20,000 bases of DNA from an uncultured virus (IMG/VR IMGVR_UViG_3300031857_015178). Its lineage: Duplodnaviria > Heunggongvirae > Uroviricota > Caudoviricetes. The position numbers and the translations under genes are program-made. The notes beneath the pieces were generated by a model. That model was given only the letters and a program-made list of their open reading frames with translations. It did not search any database and had not been told where the DNA came from. The stretch lies in IMG/VR virus record IMGVR_UViG_3300031857_015178; one strand, 5' to 3'. This document shows positions 1 to 6,600 of this stretch, piece after piece. Within the stretch, counting starts at the first letter, position 1, and each line of letters opens with the position of its first letter.

Positions 1-1
1 A

Positions 2-163
2 CCTACAGGTTATAATGCAAGATTAATACCAGTTCTTAGGGCAATTCCTGTAGAACAAATATCAATCCTTGGTGATGTTGCACCAGGAACAGAGGTAATT
101 TCTGTTGTTGATTGTGTTGGTAGAGTGCCACCCAGAGAAACATTTGACATAGTACCGAGATAA
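2..163 (+). CDS. C-terminal fragment of a gene starting upstream; probable baseplate hub protein (gp5-like, cyanophage type)
   Basis: Frame 2 is open from the window edge: PTGYNARLIPVLRAIPVEQISILGDVAPGTEVISVVDCVGRVPPRETFDIVPR, TAA at 161-163, next ATG at 166. The 'V(I/V)DCV' motif near the C-terminus resembles ends of cyanomyovirus gp5-like hub proteins as I recall them. Not in the ORF track. Confidence 0.55.
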   Translation, partial: PTGYNARLIPVLRAIPVEQISILGDVAPGTEVISVVDCVGRVPPRETFDIVPR

Positions 164-165
164 AA

Positions 166-741
166 ATGGCAAAATCCAAAAATTACGAAACAAAGACAAC
201 AGGAACAAAGGACGGGCAACTAACCTTTGGAAGTATTCATTCCGATCAGGTAAAGTCTTCGGTCATGCTTCAGGGGCAAGAGTCTCTTGAGTATATTACG
301 ATAGACCAAACTGCTCCTAGAAAAAGATGGATGACCTCTAGATGTAGAGGTAGATATCAAGTTAAATGTGGTGATGATATTCCAAAGGATGAACTTGGGA
401 TGTGGTTCAATGCTGACAGAAGTGATATTCTAATTCAGACAAAAGGTAGATTGAGACTTGAAGCTGAAAATATTGACATAATTGCTCGTGGACCTGATCC
501 AAGTAAGGGGATTGTTAATATTATTTCAAACGAAAGTGTAAATATTGAGACCAAAAAATTCACAGCAAATGCGAATGAATCCATCAGTATTTTTACTGAC
601 GGTAGTATGCAACAATCTGCAATAAATATTATGCGAATTTATGGTGGAAGCATTCAGAAGATGACTTCTATGAGTGCAGACAAAACACCATCGTTACCTA
701 TACTGGGTAAAATAGTACAACTAACAAAGCCGCAATCATAA
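166..741 (+). CDS. Phage structural protein, possibly gp5 C-terminal beta-helix/spike-like
   Basis: 191-aa ORF packed 2 nt after the upstream stop; short alternating beta-strand pattern (GRLRLEAENIDIIA, GIVNIISNESVNIET) typical of spike beta-helices. Confidence 0.55.
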   Translation: MAKSKNYETKTTGTKDGQLTFGSIHSDQVKSSVMLQGQESLEYITIDQTAPRKRWMTSRCRGRYQVKCGDDIPKDELGMWFNADRSDILIQTKGRLRLEAENIDIIARGPDPSKGIVNIISNESVNIETKKFTANANESISIFTDGSMQQSAINIMRIYGGSIQKMTSMSADKTPSLPILGKIVQLTKPQS

Positions 742-743
742 CT

Positions 744-1592
744 ATGTCAAGTTCAAGTGATTTTGAATTAGTTCACGGACAACTCCACGTAACTAATAGA
801 GCATCAAAACCAGAAGCATTGGGTAGAGGTTCTAAAAGTATTCATGGATCTGCATATTTTCAAGCACCAGTTCATATTGGAAAGGATAGTGATTATGGGA
901 ATGTTGAAGCATCCTTGATGATTGGTAGAGAAACAAATCCAGACACTCCATCAAATGCAAAGAGGTCTTTATTTGTAAAAGGTGATACTAAATTTGAAGG
1001 TGACGGTCAGACTCAAAACGCAGTCTACATCACAGGACCAACAACTGATGTTCTTTATATTGATGGTGATGTATTTGTTACTGGAAAAGTTGACTGTGGT
1101 AACAAAGGAAAATTGGCCGCAAGATTTGCAACTGCAGATGCTCTAGGAAAAACATTTGATATGGTTCATCCATCTAAAGGTAAAGGGTGGAGATTGTCTT
1201 ATGCATGTGTGGAAGGACCTGAAATTGGTGTATATTTTAGAGGTAGAGTTACGAATAAAACTGAAATAAATCTTCCAGACTATTGGAAAGATTTGGTTCA
1301 TGAAGATAGTATATCAGTGCAACTTCAACCAATTGGATCTCATCAAAACGTTATCGTGAAGAGATGGGATGATTCTAAAATTTATCTTCAATCAAATGGT
1401 GGAATGCCTATTGATTGCTTCTATCATGTTTATGCGGAAAGAAAAGATGTTAACCCACTTCATGTAGAATATGAGGGGAATAGTTGGAAAGACTATCCAG
1501 ATCCGAATCACTTGAATAAAGATCCTGATGATGAGACTCGGAATTTGTTAGATCCACAGTACAGAGGCCCTAGAAACACGATTACCCGTTAG
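744..1592 (+). CDS. Conserved cyanophage virion protein; beta-rich N-part plus C-terminal 'FDxxHP...RLxxACxEGPExGVYFRG' domain (chaperone/spike-associated)
   Basis: 282-aa ORF, 2 nt after the previous stop; motif KTFDMVHPSKGKGWRLSYACVEGPEIGVYFRG is of a type found at C-termini of phage fibre/spike proteins. Confidence 0.6.
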   Translation: MSSSSDFELVHGQLHVTNRASKPEALGRGSKSIHGSAYFQAPVHIGKDSDYGNVEASLMIGRETNPDTPSNAKRSLFVKGDTKFEGDGQTQNAVYITGPTTDVLYIDGDVFVTGKVDCGNKGKLAARFATADALGKTFDMVHPSKGKGWRLSYACVEGPEIGVYFRGRVTNKTEINLPDYWKDLVHEDSISVQLQPIGSHQNVIVKRWDDSKIYLQSNGGMPIDCFYHVYAERKDVNPLHVEYEGNSWKDYPDPNHLNKDPDDETRNLLDPQYRGPRNTITR

Positions 1593-1599
1593 GGGGCTC

Positions 1600-1628
1600 T
1601 TGACGCGAACCCCCCACCGTGCTATGAT
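1600..1628 (+). promoter_or_regulatory. Sigma70-type (early) promoter with extended -10
   Basis: TTGACG (1600-1605), 17-nt spacer, TG-c-TATGAT (-10 at 1623-1628), 25 nt upstream of ATG 1654. Confidence 0.8.
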
Positions 1629-1653
1629 ACATGGGTAATCAACGGACGACCGA

Positions 1654-1836
1654 ATGCAAGACGAGTACCTCTCACGCTGCGTTGTGGACCCCATCAAGCG
1701 TACAGTGTATCTGTACTCTAGCGAAGGGTCAGAGAAGCAAGTGACCTGTGATACCGTAGATGAGTTTATGAATGTGCTAGAGTTCGTTCGTGCTACAGTG
1801 GATGAAGAGACACTCTCATACGCAAGTCCTCTCTGA
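1654..1836 (+). CDS. Small acidic hypothetical phage protein
   Basis: 60-aa ORF directly downstream of a sigma70 promoter. Confidence 0.75.
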   Translation: MQDEYLSRCVVDPIKRTVYLYSSEGSEKQVTCDTVDEFMNVLEFVRATVDEETLSYASPL

Positions 1837-1838
1837 AA

Positions 1839-1870
1839 CTAAAATGGACCTTTAATTCCATTTTAGGTCC
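1839..1870. repeat. Overlapping inverted repeats (alternative hairpins)
   Basis: CTAAAATGGA (1839-1848) / TCCATTTTAG (1857-1866) perfect 10-bp IR; GGACCT (1846-1851) / AGGTCC (1865-1870) is a second, mutually exclusive IR. Confidence 0.7.
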
Positions 1871-1917
1871 AAAAAAATTCCCGGTAAAAATTGCCCCCTA
1901 TTACTTTTTTGAAAAGT

Positions 1918-2121
1918 ATGCCTTACAAAATCTCATACAAAGACCTTAAAGAGGAATCTGTCAAAACTACTCCAGAGAATGTAAAAGAAGCAAATGAGGC
2001 ACTTTTCTCTGCAAAGTGGAATCTTCCCAAAGCAGCAAAACACTGTGGAATGTCACAAAAAGAAATGAAGTTGACATTCTGGGAGTATATCAAGTATAAT
2101 CCTAGTACTTACAAAGCGTAA
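1918..2121 (+). CDS. Hypothetical protein, possible helix-turn-helix
   Basis: ATG at 1918 is preferred to the TTG at 1891; segment WNLPKAAKHCGMSQKEMKLTF fits an HTH pattern. Confidence 0.7.
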   Translation: MPYKISYKDLKEESVKTTPENVKEANEALFSAKWNLPKAAKHCGMSQKEMKLTFWEYIKYNPSTYKA

Positions 2122-2129
2122 GTTTTTTT

Positions 2130-2212
2130 GGGAGCGTGGTGAAATTGGTAAACACACGACACTTAAAATGTCGCGGGCAGCGCCCTTGTCGGTTCAAGTC
2201 CGACCGTTCCTA
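2130..2212 (+). tRNA. trnL: tRNA-Leu (anticodon TAA), CCA not encoded
   Basis: Acceptor GGGAGCG/CGTTCCT plus discriminator A; anticodon arm CGACA-CTTAAAA-TGTCG (TAA at 2164-2166); long variable arm GGGC-AGC-GCCC; T arm GTCGG-TTCAAGT-CCGAC. Confidence 0.95.
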
Positions 2213-2225
2213 TGAGGTTCTTCCT

Positions 2226-2232
2226 CTAAATA
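2226..2232 (+). promoter_or_regulatory. Possible T4-type late promoter (CTAAATA)
   Basis: TAAATA core 23 nt upstream of ATG 2256; short motif in AT-rich DNA. Confidence 0.45.
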
Positions 2233-2255
2233 AACAAAAGTAAAAAGACTATTCT

Positions 2256-2525
2256 ATGAAATACAGAATAGATGCCAGATACGTTTGGTATAATCGCGGA
2301 ACTCAAATAGTTCTAATGTATTTCATAAATCAAATTCCTTTTACTTTTGATGATCTTCCAGACGAATCAATATTCGATTTGGAATTAATCGAATTGGCAG
2401 ATAACGAAAGAAGATTTGAACCAGAAGACCTTTATCAAGCATCATACTACTTAATGCTTGAAGAATGTCATCCTCTCTTATATGAGTTGGAACTGGAAAA
2501 TCCAGAAATGTTACCTGCCGATTAA
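2256..2525 (+). CDS. Conserved hypothetical phage protein (acidic)
   Basis: 89-aa ORF filling the gap between the two tRNAs. Confidence 0.8.
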   Translation: MKYRIDARYVWYNRGTQIVLMYFINQIPFTFDDLPDESIFDLELIELADNERRFEPEDLYQASYYLMLEECHPLLYELELENPEMLPAD

Positions 2526-2526
2526 T

Positions 2527-2598
2527 GCCCTTGTAGCTCAGTGGTAGAGCAACGGTTTTGTAAACCGTTGGTCGCTGGTTCAAATCCGGTCGGGGGCT
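2527..2598 (+). tRNA. trnT: tRNA-Thr (anticodon TGT), CCA not encoded
   Basis: Acceptor GCCCTTG/CGGGGGC; D arm GCTC-AGTGGTA-GAGC; anticodon arm ACGGT-TTTGTAA-ACCGT (TGT at 2559-2561); T arm GCTGG-TTCAAAT-CCGGT. Confidence 0.95.
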
Positions 2599-2619
2599 TG
2601 AGTTCATAAAACTCCAAAA

Positions 2620-2778
2620 ATGTCACTTATTTCACAAACTGACCGCGAGATGGTCATTGAAGCACTTGAATATTATGTTCAGAAACTTAAGGAAGATAAC
2701 TGCACTCCTGCCTCTATCAGTGCATTCCAAACACTCCTTAACTGGGTCCAACTGGAGCACTTCAAACATGAAAGTTAA
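2620..2778 (+). CDS. Small hypothetical protein (52 aa), absent from ORF track
   Basis: Manual translation: MSLISQTDREMVIEALEYYVQKLKEDNCTPASISAFQTLLNWVQLEHFKHES*; overlaps the next ATG (2768) by 11 nt. Confidence 0.7.
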   Translation: MSLISQTDREMVIEALEYYVQKLKEDNCTPASISAFQTLLNWVQLEHFKHES

Positions 2779-2941
2779 TCTTTGGTATTGTAATGAAATG
2801 AAACAGTGGCGTTGGACGCTGACTGATGATTCACGACCTATTCTTAAGCAAGAATCTGGCCAGCAACCTCATCTGCGTGATGCAATGAATGATGTTGCAA
2901 ACACTGTTGAATATATGTTAGAATGCAAACAAAGTGAGTAA
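2768..2941 (+). CDS. Small hypothetical protein (57 aa)
   Basis: MKVNLWYCNEMKQWRWTLTDD...; the internal ATG at 2768 is the plausible start of the tracked 2657..2941 ORF. Confidence 0.7.
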   Translation: MKVNLWYCNEMKQWRWTLTDDSRPILKQESGQQPHLRDAMNDVANTVEYMLECKQSE

Positions 2942-2951
2942 AAATACCTAA

Positions 2952-3569
2952 ATGAAATCTGACTTTTATATAGATAGGGTAGGCAAAGAAGAAATAAAAG
3001 AACTTCTTTATACCTATCATTATCTAAAAGACGAATCAAAAGATTTCAAAAGTGGATATAATTACTCTCTTTACCGCAAATCATTCACAGATGTCCTTAA
3101 TATTGGCGGGTCTGTTGGTGTTTGTATTTTTACTGGTCTCCCAGTTCCAGAAATTGCCGTAGGTGCATTTGGTCTAGAAAGAAACGCACAAGAAGGTTTA
3201 TTTGAACTTTCTCGTTTGTGTATAGACCCAGAAGTTCAAAAAGAAGAATATAATATTACATCATGGTTTGTCAGTCGTTGTATCAAGAGGTTTAGGAAAG
3301 ATGCCCGCGTTCGTGCTATTCTTAGTTACGCTGATGCTAATCACCACATTGGAACTATATACAGAGCTTGTAATTTTACTTACTACGGTCTAACAGATCC
3401 CAAAAAAGACTTTTATTATGCTGACGGAACAAAACATTCTAGGGGTAGCGTCAAGGGTGCTGATGGTGAGTGGCGTAGTAGGAGTCGTAAACATCGGTAT
3501 CTTATGGTTTTTGACAAGAAACTCAAAGAAAGGTTGACATGGAAAGAACAGTCGTGGTATAATAACTAA
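2952..3569 (+). CDS. Mom-like GNAT-fold DNA modification protein
   Basis: Motifs YHYL, GVCIFT, ELSRLCI, SWFVSRCIK, ILSYAD..HIGTIYRACNFTYYG and KHRYL match the phage Mu Mom family pattern. Confidence 0.8.
   Translation: MKSDFYIDRVGKEEIKELLYTYHYLKDESKDFKSGYNYSLYRKSFTDVLNIGGSVGVCIFTGLPVPEIAVGAFGLERNAQEGLFELSRLCIDPEVQKEEYNITSWFVSRCIKRFRKDARVRAILSYADANHHIGTIYRACNFTYYGLTDPKKDFYYADGTKHSRGSVKGADGEWRSRSRKHRYLMVFDKKLKERLTWKEQSWYNN
3534..3563 (+). promoter_or_regulatory. Consensus sigma70 promoter inside the 3' end of the mom-like gene
   Basis: TTGACA (3534-3539), 18-nt spacer, TG-g-TATAAT (3558-3563). Confidence 0.8.
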
Positions 3570-3636
3570 GACGATACTGAATCGTTACAGTGACCCAAAA
3601 AGTGTGACTTCAAAACCTCCTTCTGGAGGTTTTGTT
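3570..3636 (+). ncRNA. Candidate small non-coding RNA
   Basis: Bracketed by a consensus promoter and an intrinsic terminator; 5' hairpin ACGAT-ACTGA-ATCGT; no ATG-initiated ORF. No expression evidence. Confidence 0.35.
3611..3636 (+). terminator. Rho-independent terminator
   Basis: CAAAACCTCC-TTCT-GGAGGTTTTG perfect inverted repeat with T-rich tail. Confidence 0.8.
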
Positions 3637-3641
3637 GTATG

Positions 3642-3648
3642 ATAAATA
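3642..3648 (+). promoter_or_regulatory. T4-type late promoter (ATAAATA)
   Basis: Just after the terminator and 30 nt upstream of the large structural gene. Confidence 0.65.
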
Positions 3649-3678
3649 ATCCATAACGGAACTATAAGCATTAATAAG

Positions 3679-6600
3679 ATGGGTCTTTCACGTCTCGATA
3701 ATTTTCTGAAATCAGTACGCGGAACGATTATATATGTTGATCCAAATAGTATTGACTCAACCGATAGTATTGAAAATCAAGGAAATAGTTTAACTAGACC
3801 ATTTAAAACTCTTCAACGTGCCTTAATTGAAGTATCGAGATTTTCATATCAGGCAGGTTTGGATAATGATAGGTTTGGTAAGACAACTATTCTTCTATAT
3901 CCAGGAGATCACCTAGTAGATAATAGACCTGGATGGATACCAAGTGGCAGTAATAATTATATTCTTCGTAATGGATCCACATCTAATGATTTTCCACCTT
4001 TAGATTTGAATTCCAATTTTGATTTAACTTCACCTGAAAATCAACTCTACAAAATGAACTCAGTTCATGGTGGAGTTATTGTTCCTAGAGGAACTTCGAT
4101 TGTTGGTCTTGATTTAAGAAAGACTAGAATTCGTCCTTTATATGTTCCAGACCCAGAAAATGCAAATATTGATAGATCTGCTATTTTTAGAGTAACTGGT
4201 GCATGTTACCTTTGGCAGTTTACTGTTTTGGATGCAGATCCAAATGCATTTTCATATAAGGATTATACTACCAATAGTTTCTTACCTAATTTCTCTCACC
4301 ATAAACTTACAGTATTTGAATATGCTGATGGTGTAAATCCGGTTAAAATTGATGACGCATTTTTAACTCATTATACGGATAGAACTGATCTTCAAATGTA
4401 TTATGAGAAGGTTGGTCTTGCTTACGGTCAATCTTCTGGACGTGACGTTCAACCAGATTACCCATCAACATCAATTGATATTCAACCAAAAGTAGATGAA
4501 TACCGTATTGTTGGTTCTCGCGGTGTTGATGTTGGAATTTCTAGCATTCGTGCTGGAGATGGTGTAATCACAAGCACAACAATTACAGTAGATCTTCAAG
4601 AATCAATTCCTGGGTTGGAAGTAGATACTCCAATTAAAATCTCTGGAGTTGACGCTGCAGGGTATAACGGACAATATGTTGTAAGTAAAGTTAATACTTC
4701 AACCCAAATTGAATATAAAGTTCAAAACTCACCGACAACTATTCTTCCTGGTACTGGATCTGCATCATTGGGTATTGTTGTTGATACAGTTACTTCAGCT
4801 TCTCCATATATTCTTAATATTACGATTAGATCCGTTTTTGGAATGTGTAGTTTGCTTGCAGATGGAAGCAAAGCATCTGGATTTAAGAGTATGGTTGTTG
4901 CATTATTTACTGGAGTTGGATTACAAAAAGATAGTAAAGCTTTTGTAAAGTATAATCAAACTTTAGGAATATATGAGGATAATAGTGTCTCAGGAAATGA
5001 AAATATTTCTTCAGATAGTCTGGCAGTATTTAAACCAGATTATGCAAACTATCATGTAAAATGTATAAATGATGCATATCTCCAATTAGTATCTGTTTTC
5101 TCAATTGGATATTACGAACAATTTGTATCGGAAAGTGGTGGAGATCAGTCTGTTAGTAACTCCAACTGTACTTTTGGAACAAAGGGACTTGTATCAAAAG
5201 GATTCAAGTCAAATGCATTTGCAAAAGATGATGTTGGTTATATTACTCACATAATACCACCCAAAGTAATAGAATCCGAAGAAGTAAATGTTGACTATCT
5301 TGCCATTGATGTCAGCAAAACTGTAAGTGCTGCAAATACTGGTAGATTGTATCTTTACGGTCAGGCAAATCAATCCGCTTTGCCTGAAGGTGTGATTGAA
5401 GGTTATCGCGTAGGTGCAAGAGTAAATGGATTATTGAATGTTTCAATTGTAAGAAGTGGAATATCTACTGAATATTTCGCAAAGATTGTAATGCCTGGTG
5501 GGGCAAATAACTCATCTGAGAAAAAGTATCTTGTTGGTAAAGATTCTGTAGGAGTTAGTAGTATTGCATCAAACACTATTACTTTTACTACTCCACACGC
5601 ATTTATAAATGGGGAGACAGTTAGGGTATTATCAAACAACGGACATCTTCCAGATGGCATAGAGTCAAATCAGGTTTATTATGCAATTACTTCTGGAGTG
5701 GCATCTAATGCTATCAAACTAGCTAAAACTTTGAATGATACTGTTAGTCTGACTCCTATCGAAATTAATAATAGAGGTGGAATTTTAAATATTATTAGTA
5801 GAGTTTCTGATAAGAAACCAGGAGACATAGGACATCCAATTCAATATGATTCTTCAAATAGTAATTGGTATGTAAATGTATCTTCAGCATCAACTGAAAA
5901 TACAATATATTCGGCAGTTGTTGGACTTGGAACAGTTGTACTTGGTTCGGCAACGCCAAGAACTTATATCAAGAGAAAACAAGATACTAGAAATGTCTTT
6001 GATACTGTTTATAGAATTCGCTATGTAATACCAGCAGATTCTCCAGTAACCGCAAGTGCTCCTCTAGATGGATACGTCATTCAAGAATCAAATACTTCAA
6101 TTGCACCAACAAGCACTGAAGTTGCATATCAATTCAATCCTTCTGGCGCAACACTTGCAAACTCTACACAATTAAGAAATCAAAAACTAATTGCAAATGC
6201 AACCTGGACTGCAGAAACTGCAAAAATTGTAACAGAACTTCCCCATAACTTAGAAGTAGGTTCCAAAGTTGAAATCTTAAATATAAAGAGTACAAATAAC
6301 ACCAGTGGAATTGCTAATACAGCATTTAATGGAACATTCGTTGTTGCTGGTATTAGTAGCACCAAGGAGTTTTCAGTAGCTCTAAAAAATAATCCTGGAA
6401 CATTTGCAAATAATACATCATTAAGGAGTACATCTTCTCCATATTTTAAGAAAAAAGAATTTAAGAATACTTACGTAGTTTACAAGAGTGAGGAAGTACA
6501 GAAGTATGTTGCTGGCGAAAGAGATGGAATTTACTATCTATTGGTTGCCAATGCGTCAAATTCTCCAACACTAGCTCCATTTACTGGAGAGAGATATTTA

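Noticed and set aside
10..219. Minus-strand 69-aa ORF
   Set aside because: Antisense to two tightly packed plus-strand structural genes.
1891..1917. TTG start for the 76-aa ORF
   Set aside because: The in-frame ATG at 1918 is more plausible; the extension is low-complexity intergenic sequence.
2130..2598. tRNAs as prophage attachment sites
   Set aside because: No integrase or duplicated tRNA 3' end is visible; the context is a lytic T4-like gene order.
2341..2607. Minus-strand 88-aa ORF
   Set aside because: Antisense to tRNA-Thr and a plausible plus-strand CDS.
2657..2767. N-terminal extension of tracked ORF 2657..2941
   Set aside because: Overlaps the better 2620..2778 ORF in another frame; ATG 2768 is the likelier start.
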